Source: a virus (taxonomy: Duplodnaviria > Heunggongvirae > Uroviricota > Caudoviricetes). Taken from it: DNA of 64,000 bases. How positions within the stretch are numbered: the first letter of the stretch is position 1; every line of letters begins with the position of its first letter. This document shows positions 50,684 to 60,727 of the stretch, one piece after another. The DNA is taken from the IMG/VR virus record IMGVR_UViG_2703718787_000017. One strand, given 5' to 3'. Under the pieces are notes generated by a model. It ran no database searches. It saw only the letters and a list, made by a program, of their open reading frames with translations, and was not told the DNA's origin. Both the position numbers and the translations under genes were made by a program.

Positions 50684-51039
50684 GCACCATAACTGCTAAT
50701 CATTCAAACTATTTCACCTGTGACAGAGTCAATGTCGCATTCTGTCACTGTCATGCTAATACAGAGCTGCAATTCAACTACTGCAATGTCCTCGTAATTA
50801 GGTGAATTTACAATATCGTCCTGTTCGGATGCCGGCTGCATTGCTGAAGATGAGGCATTTATGGTTCGCATATTTTCCCCTCATGCTCGTCAGTCCTGTG
50901 CGTAGGAAGAAACAGGACACTCACACTAATTTGTGTGGGCATGCTGTGATGTCCTTCTGAATTATTCCTATGCCATTATGTAAAGCGCTGTATCAGATGC
51001 TCGTCACGGCTGTCAGGCTGTCGGGTCCTCCCGGTGGGG

Positions 51040-51110
51040 CCCCTGCCACGGGGCGGGAGCGTCGCGGAAAAAGGCTAGTTTTTGAAATTTTATTCGTCAT
51101 CACCACTACT
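51040..51110 (+). other. lambda-like cos region (cosN-like GGGGCGGGAGCGTCGCGG followed by AT-rich terminase-binding region)
   Basis: CACGGGGCGGGAGCGTCGCGGAAAAAGG…TTTTATTCGTCATCAC parallels lambda ACGGGGCGGCGACCTCGCGGGTTTTCGC…TTCGTCATAAC. Confidence 0.55.
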
Positions 51111-51236
51111 GTAATTGATTGATATTACAGTTGTTTTATTTTTATGGTGTCGATTCTGATTGTTTTTTGTTCATCACTAACACCGTTTGCCTAAAGTTGT
51201 TCGCAAGATGCATGTTTAAAACATTCTGGAGCGGGT

Positions 51237-51731
51237 ATGGATCGAGAGTTAAAAAATCTGACGCTGAATATCAGTCAACTGGCGGCATTGTCAGGTGTAC
51301 ATCGCCAGACTGCTGCGGCAAGGCTGCAAAATCTACCCGTTGCAGGGGGGCATGAAAGCAACCTCAAGCTTTATCGGGTGGTTGATATTGTGTCGGCATT
51401 TCTGGCATTACCACCGCCGGTTGCAGAAGGCGAAATGGACGCGCATGAGCGCAAAGCCTGGTATCAGTCTGAACGTGAGCGTCTTAAGTTCGAACAGGAA
51501 ACGGCACAACTCATTCCGGCCAGTGATGTCAGACGGGAGTTTGCCATCTGGGCAAAAGCGGTCGTGCAGGTGCTGGAGACATTACCGGATATTCTTGAAC
51601 GTGACTGCGGTCTGCAGCCTGCCGCTGTGAGCCGTGTTCAGTCCATTATTGATGATCTGCGCGATCAGATAGCCCTGCGGGTGACTGAAGCAGGTGCGGA
51701 TGATGAGGAGGAATTACAGCAGGAGGAGTAA
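51237..51731 (+). CDS. nohA: terminase small subunit (Nu1-like)
   Basis: HTH-type N-terminus MDRELKNLTLNISQLAALSGVHRQT; overlaps large-subunit start. Confidence 0.85.
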   Translation: MDRELKNLTLNISQLAALSGVHRQTAAARLQNLPVAGGHESNLKLYRVVDIVSAFLALPPPVAEGEMDAHERKAWYQSERERLKFEQETAQLIPASDVRREFAIWAKAVVQVLETLPDILERDCGLQPAAVSRVQSIIDDLRDQIALRVTEAGADDEEELQQEE

Positions 51732-53833
51732 TGCTGAATCAGGAAACCGCAAAGGCAGCACGAACCGATTCAGGTTATATCCTTCGCGCACCGAGACGAA
51801 TGCGGGTTGCTGATGCCGTTGCTCAGTATATGCGGGTGCCCATGGGGGCAGGGAACTCAGTCCCGTGGGATCCGCTGGTGGCACCGTATGTTATTGAGCC
51901 TATGAACTGCCTGGCCTCGCGTGAATACGACGCAGTGATATTTGTTGGCCCGGCACGAACCGGCAAGACTATCGGCCTGATTGACGGCTGGGTGATTTAC
52001 AACGTGATTTGCGATCCTGCTGATATGCTGATCATTCAGATGACGGAGGAAAAAGCCCGCGAACACTCCAAAAAACGACTCGCCAGAACGTTTCGCGTCA
52101 GCCCGGAAGTGGTCAGTCGCCTGAGTCCGAACAAAAATGACAACAACGTTTATGACAGAACATTCCTTGCTGGCAACTACCTGAAAATCGGCTGGCCGTC
52201 AGTCAATATCATGTCTTCATCAGATTATAAATGCGTGGCGCTGACGGATTATGACCGTTTTCCGGAAGATATTGATGGTGAGGGGGATGCCTTCTCTCTT
52301 GCCTCAAAACGTACCACCACATTTATGTCCAGTGGTATGACGCTGGTGGAGAGTTCCCCCGGCAGGGATGTGAAGGATGTGAAATGGCGACGGACTTCAC
52401 CGCATGAGGCTCCACCAACCACGGGGATCCTGTCGCTCTATAACCGTGGCGATCGCCGTCGCTGGTACTGGCCCTGTCCACACTGTGGTGAGTATTTTCA
52501 GCCCTGCGGCGATGTGGTTGCTGGTTTCCGTGATATTGCCGATCCTGTGCTGGCAAGTGAGGCGGCTTATATTCAGTGTCCTTCCTGTTCAGGACGGATT
52601 TTGCCTGAACAAAAACGCGAGCTGAACGGACGTGGGGTCTGGTTACGGGATGGTGAATCCATCAATGCAGATGGCAGTCGTTATGGTGATCCCCGGCGTT
52701 CACGTATTGCGTCATTCTGGATGGAGGGGCCGGCAGCTGCTTATCAGACACTCTCGCAACTCGTTTACAAACTGCTTACTGCAGAACAGGAATACGAGAC
52801 AACCGGAAGTGAAGAGACACTCAAGACGGTTATCAATACCGACTGGGGATTACCTTATCTTCCCCGCGCCAGCATGGAGCAACGAAAAAGTGAATTGCTT
52901 GAGCAGCGGGCAGAGCCAGTTCCTTCCCGCAGTGTGCCGGATGGCGTTAATTTCCTTGTGGCGACAGTGGATGTGCAGGCGGGACGTCATCGCCGTTTTG
53001 TGGTTCAGGTAACGGGCTATGGCAGCCGTGGCGAACGCTGGATTATTGATCGTTACAACATCACGCAGTCATTGCGCGGTGACAGCGACGGGGAGAGCCA
53101 GCGAATTGATCCGGCCAGCTATCCGGAAGACTGGGATGTCCTGCTGACGGATGTTTTTCATAAAAGCTGGCCGCTGGCCTCCGATCCTTCTCAACAAATG
53201 CGACTGATGGCAATGGCGGTGGACTCCGGCGGTGAAGACGGGGTCACTGATAATGCCTATAAATTCTGGCGTCGTTGCCGTCGTGATGGCCTTGGTAAAC
53301 GTATTTACCTGTTTAAGGGCGACAGCATCCGGCGCGCAAAACTGATCACCCGTACATTCCCTGATAACACCGGACGAACGGGCCGACGGGCGCAGGCCGC
53401 AGGTGATGTACCGCTCTGGCTTCTTCAGACGGATGCCCTGAAAGACCGGGTGAATAACGCGTTATGGCGTGACTCGCCAGGTCCCGGCTATGTGCATTTC
53501 CCTGACTGGCTGGGGAGCTGGTTTTACGACGAACTGACGTATGAAGAGCGGAGCAGTGACGGGAAATGGAGTAAGCCGGGTCGCGGTGCCAACGAAGCTT
53601 TTGACCTGATGGTGTATGCCGAGGCTCTGGTCATTCTGCATGGATACGAAAAGATCCGCTGGCCGGATGCACCGGAGTGGGCGAGCCGGGAAACCTGGCT
53701 GGAGTGTGTCCCGGACAGTACCGAACCGTCACCCACACCGGAACCGGTATCCACGCCTGTTAAAAAACAAAAACGGAAGAAAACAGTAACTGACGATGTT
53801 AACCCCTGGCTGACTTCCGGAGGATGGTTATGA
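51731..53833 (+). CDS. terminase large subunit (lambda gpA-like), 700 aa
   Basis: Size, position after Nu1-like gene, Walker-A-like VIFVGPARTGKT. Confidence 0.9.
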   Translation: MLNQETAKAARTDSGYILRAPRRMRVADAVAQYMRVPMGAGNSVPWDPLVAPYVIEPMNCLASREYDAVIFVGPARTGKTIGLIDGWVIYNVICDPADMLIIQMTEEKAREHSKKRLARTFRVSPEVVSRLSPNKNDNNVYDRTFLAGNYLKIGWPSVNIMSSSDYKCVALTDYDRFPEDIDGEGDAFSLASKRTTTFMSSGMTLVESSPGRDVKDVKWRRTSPHEAPPTTGILSLYNRGDRRRWYWPCPHCGEYFQPCGDVVAGFRDIADPVLASEAAYIQCPSCSGRILPEQKRELNGRGVWLRDGESINADGSRYGDPRRSRIASFWMEGPAAAYQTLSQLVYKLLTAEQEYETTGSEETLKTVINTDWGLPYLPRASMEQRKSELLEQRAEPVPSRSVPDGVNFLVATVDVQAGRHRRFVVQVTGYGSRGERWIIDRYNITQSLRGDSDGESQRIDPASYPEDWDVLLTDVFHKSWPLASDPSQQMRLMAMAVDSGGEDGVTDNAYKFWRRCRRDGLGKRIYLFKGDSIRRAKLITRTFPDNTGRTGRRAQAAGDVPLWLLQTDALKDRVNNALWRDSPGPGYVHFPDWLGSWFYDELTYEERSSDGKWSKPGRGANEAFDLMVYAEALVILHGYEKIRWPDAPEWASRETWLECVPDSTEPSPTPEPVSTPVKKQKRKKTVTDDVNPWLTSGGWL

Positions 53834-54042
53834 ATCAGAATGATATTGAAGCCATGATTCAGCGTTATACGGAAGCTGAAATGGCAGTGCTGGACGGAAA
53901 ATCCGTCACTTTTAATGGTCAGCAGATGACCATGGAAAACTTATCTGAGATCCGGCAGGGGCGGCAGGAGTGGGAGCGCCGCCTTGCGGCTCTGATTACA
54001 CGACGACGGGGGCATCCCGGGTACCGGCTGGCGAGGTTCTGA
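53824..54042 (+). CDS. head-tail joining protein (gpW-like)
   Basis: 72 aa between terminase and portal; TGATG overlap with portal start. Confidence 0.6.
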   Translation: MVMNQNDIEAMIQRYTEAEMAVLDGKSVTFNGQQMTMENLSEIRQGRQEWERRLAALITRRRGHPGYRLARF

Positions 54043-55550
54043 TGGCAATTCTTGATGATGTGATTGGCGTTTTTTCACCAGGATGGAAAGCGGCAAGGCT
54101 GCGTTCCCGAGCGGTGATCCAAGCTTATGAGGCCGTAAAAACGACGCGGACACACAAAGCCCGACGGGAGAACCGAACTGCCGACCAGTTAAGCCAGTAC
54201 GGGGCCGTGTCGTTACGTGAGCAGGCCCGTTACCTTGATAACAACCACGATCTGGTCATTGGTGTATTTGACAAGCTGGAAGAACGGGTGGTGGGGAAAA
54301 ACGGGATTATTGTCGAGCCACATCCGGTATTACGCAATGGTGCCATTGCCCGTGACCTGGCAGCGGAGATACGTACCCGATGGAGTGAATGGTCTGTCAG
54401 TCCGGAAGTCACCGGGCAGTTTACCCGTCCGATGCTGGAACGTCTGATGCTGCGTACCTGGCTGCGCGATGGTGAGGTGTTTGCCCAGATGGTTTCCGGG
54501 CGCATAAACAGCCTGACGCCTTCTGCCGGTGTTCATTTCTGGCTGGAGGCGCTCGAGCCGGACTTTATTCCCATGACCAGTGATGAGAGCAACAGGCTGA
54601 ATCAGGGCGTGTTTGTTGATGACTGGGGGCGTCCCGAAAAATATCTGGTGTATAAAAGTCGTCCTGTATCCGGACGGCAGATGGAAACCAAAGAAGTGGA
54701 TGCAGAGCGAATGCTGCATCTTAAATTTGTTCGCCGTCTGCACCAGATGCGCGGGACGTCTTTATTGTCCGGTGTGCTGATCCGCCTCAGCGCCCTGAAA
54801 GAGTATGAAGATTCTGAGCTGACTGCAGCAAGGATCGCCGCTGCTCTGGGGATGTACATCCGGAAAGGCGACGGACAGAGCTATGAAACGGATGGTAATG
54901 ACAGCAAGGAGAATGAACGCGAGCTTACCATTCAGCCAGGCATTATTTACGACGATCTGAAACCCGGCGAAGAAATCGGAATGGTGAAGTCGGATCGTCC
55001 CAATCCTAACCTTGAAACTTTTCGTAATGGTCAGTTGCGTGCCGTGGCGGCGGGCAGTCGTCTGAGTTTTTCCAGTACGGCACGCAACTATAACGGCACT
55101 TACAGCGCCCAGCGTCAGGAACTGGTTGAGTCTACTGATGGCTACCTGATCCTGCAGGACTGGTTTATTGGTGCCGTCACCCGCCCGATGTATCGTGCCT
55201 GGCTGAAACAGGCTGTGGCATCCGGTGTTATCAGGCTACCCCGCGATCTTGACCGTTCTTCACTGTATACCGCGGTGTATTCCGGACCAGTGATGCCGTG
55301 GATTGACCCTGTTAAGGAGGCTGAGGCCTGGAAAATCCAGATTCGTGGTGGAGCGGCGACAGAATCAGACTGGGTACGTGCTGGTGGTCGTAATCCGGAT
55401 GATGTCAAACGTCGGCGCAAGGCCGAAATTGATGAAAACCGCAAGCTGGATCTGGTATTTGATACCGATCCGGCCAGTGATAAAGGAGGCAGCAGTGCCG
55501 CAACGAAACGACAGGAGCCGCAGCACACCGACGACCAGTCCGAAGAATAA
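54042..55550 (+). CDS. portal protein (lambda gpB-like)
   Basis: 502 aa; canonical position; acidic C-terminus. Confidence 0.9.
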   Translation: MAILDDVIGVFSPGWKAARLRSRAVIQAYEAVKTTRTHKARRENRTADQLSQYGAVSLREQARYLDNNHDLVIGVFDKLEERVVGKNGIIVEPHPVLRNGAIARDLAAEIRTRWSEWSVSPEVTGQFTRPMLERLMLRTWLRDGEVFAQMVSGRINSLTPSAGVHFWLEALEPDFIPMTSDESNRLNQGVFVDDWGRPEKYLVYKSRPVSGRQMETKEVDAERMLHLKFVRRLHQMRGTSLLSGVLIRLSALKEYEDSELTAARIAAALGMYIRKGDGQSYETDGNDSKENERELTIQPGIIYDDLKPGEEIGMVKSDRPNPNLETFRNGQLRAVAAGSRLSFSSTARNYNGTYSAQRQELVESTDGYLILQDWFIGAVTRPMYRAWLKQAVASGVIRLPRDLDRSSLYTAVYSGPVMPWIDPVKEAEAWKIQIRGGAATESDWVRAGGRNPDDVKRRRKAEIDENRKLDLVFDTDPASDKGGSSAATKRQEPQHTDDQSEE

Positions 55551-55563
55551 TTCCTGGTTCAGG

Positions 55564-57522
55564 ATGCAGGCTGGTCACCAGAGTGACGCGGATATTTATA
55601 TTTATGACGAGATTGGTTTCTGGGGTGTTACAGCGAAGCAGTTTATCAGTGATCTGAATGCACTGGGCGATATCACCCACATTAATCTCCATATTAATTC
55701 ACCGGGTGGCGATGTCTTTGAAGGCATCGCCATTTTTAATGCGCTGAAAACACATGGTGCGTCCATTACCGTTTATGTCGACGGTGTGGCGGCGTCAATG
55801 GCGTCGGTCATTGCGATGGTGGGAAACCCGGTCATTATGCCGGAAAACACTTTCATGATGATTCATAAACCATTTGGCTTTACGGGCGGTGATGCGGAGG
55901 ACATGCGCACCTATGCCGACCTGCTCGATAAAGTTGAGGCGGTTCTGTTACCCGCTTATGCACAGAAAACCGGGAAAACCACCGATGAAATTGCTGCCAT
56001 GCTGGCGGATGAGACCTGGATGTCCGGTGCCGAATGTCTGGCACATGGATTTGCTGATCAGGTAACGCCAGCCGTTAAGGCAATGGCATGTATTCAGTCA
56101 AAACGTACAGAGGAATTTAAAAAGATGCCGGAATCCATTCGAAACATGATTACTCCGCCACGCAACAGTGCTCCACGCGTACAGGATGATGAACCTGCAG
56201 CCTCCCGGACGCCAGTGCAGGCAGCAGCACCCGTGGTGGATGAAAACAGTATCCGTGCGCAGGTACTGGCAGAGCAAAAAGCGCGTGTAAACGGTATTAA
56301 TGATCTGTTTGCCATGTTTGGCGGGCGTTATCAGACTCTGCAGGCTCAGTGTCTTGCCGATCCTGAATGTTCGCTGGAGCAGGCCCGCGAAAAGCTGTTG
56401 AACGAGATGGGGCGCGAGTCCACGCCATCCAATAAAAATACCCCGGCTCATATTTATGCCGGTAACGGTAATTTTGTGGGGGACGGGATCCGCCAGGCGC
56501 TGATGGCGCGTGCCGGATTTGAAAAAACCGAACGTGATAATGTCTACAACGGGATGACCCTGCGTGAATATGCCCGTATGTCACTGACTGAACGGGGTAT
56601 TGGGGTTTCCAGTTATAACCCGATGCAGATGGTCGGTGCGGCGTTCACACACAGTACGTCTGACTTCGGTAATATTCTGCTGGATGTTGCGAACAAAGCC
56701 ATTCTGCAGGGCTGGGAAGATGCTCCTGAAACCTATGAACAGTGGACGCGGAAAGGTCAGTTGTCTGATTTTAAAATTGCCCATCGTGTGGGTATGGGGG
56801 GCTTCAGTGCTCTGCGTCAGGTGCGTGAAGGGGCGGAATATAAATACGTCACCACCGGAGATAAACAGGCCACTATTGCACTGGCGACCTATGGCGAGCT
56901 GTTCAGTATCACCCGTCAGGCCATTATCAATGATGATCTGAATATGCTGACCGATGTCCCGATGAAGCTGGGCCGTGCGGCGAAATCCACCATTGCCGAT
57001 CTGGTTTATGCCATTCTGACGTCTAACCCGAAAATCTCCACAGATAATGTAAGTCTGTTCGATAAAGCGAAACATGCAAACGTACTGGAGAGCGCTGCAA
57101 TGGACGTGGCATCGCTGGATAAAGCCCGCCAGTTGATGCGCGTTCAGAAAGAGGGGGAGCGTCATCTGAATATTCGTCCTGCGTTCGTACTGGTACCGAC
57201 GGCGATGGAGTCTGTTGCTAACCAGGTCATTCGCTCCTCAAGTGTCAAGGGGGCTGACATTAACGCAGGTATTATTAACCCGGTGAAAGATTTTGCGACC
57301 GTTATTGCAGAGCCTCGTCTTGATGATAACAGCCAGACCACCTTCTACCTGGCTGCGTCCAAAGGCTCCGATACGATTGAAGTGGCTTATCTCAACGGTG
57401 TGGATACGCCATATATTGATCAGATGGAGGGCTTCAGTGTGGATGGCGTGACAACGAAAGTGCGTATTGACGCCGGTGTCGCGCCAGTTGATCACCGCGG
57501 TCTGGTGAAATGTACGGCGTAA
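55564..57522 (+). CDS. prohead protease (ClpP/S49-like) fused to scaffold-like linker and major capsid protein
   Basis: N-terminal …DIYIYDEIGFWGV…INSPGGDVFEGIAIFNAL… ClpP-like serine protease motif; Pro/Ala-rich linker; long C-terminal capsid-like domain. Confidence 0.8.
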   Translation: MQAGHQSDADIYIYDEIGFWGVTAKQFISDLNALGDITHINLHINSPGGDVFEGIAIFNALKTHGASITVYVDGVAASMASVIAMVGNPVIMPENTFMMIHKPFGFTGGDAEDMRTYADLLDKVEAVLLPAYAQKTGKTTDEIAAMLADETWMSGAECLAHGFADQVTPAVKAMACIQSKRTEEFKKMPESIRNMITPPRNSAPRVQDDEPAASRTPVQAAAPVVDENSIRAQVLAEQKARVNGINDLFAMFGGRYQTLQAQCLADPECSLEQAREKLLNEMGRESTPSNKNTPAHIYAGNGNFVGDGIRQALMARAGFEKTERDNVYNGMTLREYARMSLTERGIGVSSYNPMQMVGAAFTHSTSDFGNILLDVANKAILQGWEDAPETYEQWTRKGQLSDFKIAHRVGMGGFSALRQVREGAEYKYVTTGDKQATIALATYGELFSITRQAIINDDLNMLTDVPMKLGRAAKSTIADLVYAILTSNPKISTDNVSLFDKAKHANVLESAAMDVASLDKARQLMRVQKEGERHLNIRPAFVLVPTAMESVANQVIRSSSVKGADINAGIINPVKDFATVIAEPRLDDNSQTTFYLAASKGSDTIEVAYLNGVDTPYIDQMEGFSVDGVTTKVRIDAGVAPVDHRGLVKCTA

Positions 57523-57608
57523 ACGTCGCAGACAACAACTCTGATGGCCCGTAAGGGCTTTTTTTGTACCTGAAATCAGCCTCTGAACGGGGCTGTACGG
57601 AGACAGTT

Positions 57609-57932
57609 ATGGCAAAGAATTTTGTAGAAGAAGGAAAAACGGTGGCGATTGTTGCCAGTGCAGCCATCAGCAGCGGAGATCTGGTGCAGGTGGGTGATGT
57701 TTTTGCGGTGGCGCTGACCGATATTCCACAGGGTGAAACAGGCGACGGCATGACCGAAGGTGTGTTTATCCTGCCTAAACTGAAAACGGATGACATGAAA
57801 ACGGGTAAGAAGGTTTATCTGAAGTCCGGAAAAGTTCAGCTGACTAACAGCGGCTCTGATCCGCTGGTCGGGGTTGTCTGGGCAGATGCCGGAACCAGTG
57901 CAGAAGAAGTGCCGGTAAAACTCAATGTCTGA
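57609..57932 (+). CDS. small head-associated protein (DUF2190-like, decoration/cement candidate)
   Basis: 108 aa; GGAG RBS; position after capsid gene. Confidence 0.6.
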   Translation: MAKNFVEEGKTVAIVASAAISSGDLVQVGDVFAVALTDIPQGETGDGMTEGVFILPKLKTDDMKTGKKVYLKSGKVQLTNSGSDPLVGVVWADAGTSAEEVPVKLNV

Positions 57933-58200
57933 TCCCTTTTCCCGGCTGGCAGCGCGTATGGATGCGATCACGGTCAGAAAGATGGGAAAGACAGCCTCGA
58001 TTAATGATGTCGATATGGCTGTGATCCCGGGCGAAACACTGGCAGAGCTGAATGCTCTGTCCGGACCTGCGGTCTCTCTGGTGGTGTTTTCTTCGGGATA
58101 CCGCCCACGGCGCGGGGATCGCGTTGTTTATGACGGACAACAATGGACGGTCACACGGCATGAACGTTTTAACGGTAAGCCAATGATCTTTATTGAGTAA
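57925..58200 (+). CDS. hypothetical head-tail connector protein (91 aa)
   Basis: Coupled to upstream gene (ATG overlaps stop region). Confidence 0.55.
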   Translation: MSDPFSRLAARMDAITVRKMGKTASINDVDMAVIPGETLAELNALSGPAVSLVVFSSGYRPRRGDRVVYDGQQWTVTRHERFNGKPMIFIE

Positions 58201-58211
58201 AGAGGTGTGGG

Positions 58212-58790
58212 ATGAAGGGGCTTGAGAATGCCATCCGCAATCTGAACAGCCTTGATACCCGTATGGTGCCACAGGCCAGCGCATGGGCGATAAACCGTGT
58301 GGCACAGAAAGCGGTCTCGGTTGCCACCCGGCAGGTTGCCGGGAATACCGTTGCGGGAGATAACCAGGTGAAAGGGATCCCCCTGAAACTGGTACGTCAG
58401 CGTGTCCGGGTGTTTAAAGCCAGTCCGTCAGGAAAAATGACGGCCAGGATCCGCGTTAACCGGGGCAATCTGCCCGCCATTAAGCTGGGGACAGCCCGGG
58501 TCAGACTGGCCCGGCGTGGTGGAAAACTGCAGTACCGTGGCAGTGTGCTGAAGGTGGGTAAATATCTTTTCCGGGATGCGTTTATTCAGCAACTGGCGAA
58601 TGGTCGCTGGCATGTGATGCGGCGTATTGATGGCAAAAATCGTTACCCCATTGATGTGGTGAAAATCCCGCTGTCCGGACCGCTGACACAGGCATTTGAA
58701 GATGCCCGCGACCACATCATTGCTGCGGAAATGCCGAAACAGCTGGGGTATGCACTGAAACAACAACTGAGGTTATGGCTGACCCGATGA
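58212..58790 (+). CDS. tail completion protein (gpZ-like by size and position)
   Basis: 192 aa, same length as lambda Z; order capsid-…-Z-U-V. Confidence 0.6.
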   Translation: MKGLENAIRNLNSLDTRMVPQASAWAINRVAQKAVSVATRQVAGNTVAGDNQVKGIPLKLVRQRVRVFKASPSGKMTARIRVNRGNLPAIKLGTARVRLARRGGKLQYRGSVLKVGKYLFRDAFIQQLANGRWHVMRRIDGKNRYPIDVVKIPLSGPLTQAFEDARDHIIAAEMPKQLGYALKQQLRLWLTR

Positions 58791-59188
58791 ACCGGCATAC
58801 ACAAATCCGCCAGGCCGTACTGGCACGCCTTCGGGAACAGTGTGGAGACAGCGCCACGTTTTTTGACGGGCTTCCGGCATTTATTGATGCGCAGGAACTG
58901 CCTGCCGTGGCGGTGTGGCTGAGTGATGCTCAGTACACCGGAAAAATGACGGATGAAGATGACTGGCAGGCTGTTCTGCATATTGCCGTCTTCATCCGGG
59001 CACAGGCACCGGATTCAGAGCTGGATATGTGGATGGAGAGCACCATTTTCCCTGCCCTGAATGATATACCGGCACTTTCCGGACTCATCGACACCCTGAT
59101 CCCACTCGGTTTTAACTATCAACGTGATAATGAGATGGCCACCTGGGCGATGGCGGAAATCACGTACCAGATCACGTACACGAATTAA
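58775..59188 (+). CDS. tail terminator (gpU-like by size and position)
   Basis: 137 aa immediately upstream of major tail gene. Confidence 0.6.
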   Translation: MADPMNRHTQIRQAVLARLREQCGDSATFFDGLPAFIDAQELPAVAVWLSDAQYTGKMTDEDDWQAVLHIAVFIRAQAPDSELDMWMESTIFPALNDIPALSGLIDTLIPLGFNYQRDNEMATWAMAEITYQITYTN

Positions 59189-59198
59189 GGAGGTGGTA

Positions 59199-59942
59199 AT
59201 GACCACACCAAATCCACTGGCAAAGACGAAAGGTGCGGGGACGACGTTCTGGATGTATACCGGCAACGGCGATGCGTTTGCGAACCCTTTGTCGGACACT
59301 GACTGGCTGCGTCTTGCGATGGTGAAGGATCTGCAACCTGGCGAAATGACCGCTGATGCAGAAGATGACACTTATCTCGATGATGAAGATGCAGACTGGA
59401 AAACGACAACCCAGGGGCAGAAATCCGTTGGTGATACTTCGGCGACGCTGGCCTGGCGTCCGGGTGACAGCGGGCAGAAAAAACTGGTTCAGTTGTTCGA
59501 CTCCGGTGAAGTCTGCGCGTTTCGTATCAAATATCCCAACGGCACTGTTGATGTTTTCCGTGGCTGGCTGAGCTCACTGGGTAAAACCATTGCCTCAAAA
59601 GACGTGATGACCCGCACTGTGAAAATCAGCGGTGTGGGGCGTCCGTATCTGGCAGAGGAAGGCACTGAAACCGTGAGCGTTACCGGGCTGACAGTATCAC
59701 CGGCGTCTGCCAGTGTAAAAGTGGGAGCAACCACCACGCTGACCTTTACAGTAAAACCTGACGGAGCCAGTGACAAAGCGATCAGTGTGCATTCGTCAGA
59801 TCCACAGACTGCCACGGTTACCCTGAACGGACTTGTGGCCACGGTAAAAGGCGTGAAGCAGGGCAGTGTCAGCATTGTGGGCATGACCGCTGACGGGAAT
59901 TTTGTGGCTGTGACTGCGGTGACTGTCAGCGCAGCAGGTTAA
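59199..59942 (+). CDS. major tail protein (gpV-like) with C-terminal Ig-like (Big_2-type) domain
   Basis: 247 aa; strong RBS AAGGAGG; C-terminal …VSVTGLTVSPASASVKVGATTTLTFTVKPDGASD…. Confidence 0.85.
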   Translation: MTTPNPLAKTKGAGTTFWMYTGNGDAFANPLSDTDWLRLAMVKDLQPGEMTADAEDDTYLDDEDADWKTTTQGQKSVGDTSATLAWRPGDSGQKKLVQLFDSGEVCAFRIKYPNGTVDVFRGWLSSLGKTIASKDVMTRTVKISGVGRPYLAEEGTETVSVTGLTVSPASASVKVGATTTLTFTVKPDGASDKAISVHSSDPQTATVTLNGLVATVKGVKQGSVSIVGMTADGNFVAVTAVTVSAAG

Positions 59943-59999
59943 CAGGACGATACTCATCATTTGCCCCGGTTATGCGGGGCTTTTTTGCAGGTGGAGAAC

Positions 60000-60389
60000 A
60001 TGATGTTTCTGAAACAGGACACGTTTAATTATGAAAAACAGTCCGTGGTGCTCAGTGAGCTGTCCGGGCTGCAGAGAATTGAATATCTGACGTTTGTTCA
60101 GCAGCGAACGGCAAAGTTTGATGCCGGGGAGGGAGAACTGCCGGAGGCTGAACGACAGATTGCTTTTCTGCGGATGGGGATGGATATCAATGCCTGGCTG
60201 GTTTCCCGCTCACTGTGGAATGCGGATCAGTCTAAGGATGTAGAGACGCTTTGCGCATCCGTTATTACAACATGGTCGTATGATGCCCTGGGTGCGGGGG
60301 CGGAGATGGTTCTGTCGCTGAGCGGTATGGGGGCCATTGATAATGCCGTGGATGATGAGCATGAGGCGCTGACGCCGGAAAAGTCCTGA
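60000..60389 (+). CDS. tail assembly chaperone (gpG-like)
   Basis: 129 aa upstream of tape measure; GGAG RBS. Confidence 0.75.
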   Translation: MMFLKQDTFNYEKQSVVLSELSGLQRIEYLTFVQQRTAKFDAGEGELPEAERQIAFLRMGMDINAWLVSRSLWNADQSKDVETLCASVITTWSYDALGAGAEMVLSLSGMGAIDNAVDDEHEALTPEKS

Positions 60390-60727
60390 CGCGGGAAATG
60401 CAGTTTGTCATGCGGCTTGCCCGGGAGTTCCGGCGGGCAGACTGGCGGCGGATGCTGTCGGAAATGTCGGCCACTGAGCTTGGTGAGTGGGGCGATTATT
60501 TCCGGATGCAGAGCTTCAGTGATGTGTGGATGGATGCGCAGTTTGCCTCGCTGAAGGCATTGATCGTGAGAATGGTGTCCGGCAGCAGTGATGCTGCGGT
60601 GGCTGATTTCAGCCTTTTACCGGAAGAGAACGGGATACCGGAGCGAACGGACGAAGAACTGATGCATCTTGGGGAAGGTATTTCCGGAGGTGTGCGTTAT
60701 GGACCAGATAGCCAACCTGGTCATTGA
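60365..60727 (+). CDS. gpT-like extension reached by putative -1 programmed frameshift from the G-like gene (G-T fusion)
   Basis: -1 frame opens at 60365 and overlaps the last 8 G codons; A-rich candidate slip site CGGAAAAG at 60376-60383. Confidence 0.45.
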   Translation, partial: GADAGKVLTREMQFVMRLAREFRRADWRRMLSEMSATELGEWGDYFRMQSFSDVWMDAQFASLKALIVRMVSGSSDAAVADFSLLPEENGIPERTDEELMHLGEGISGGVRYGPDSQPGH

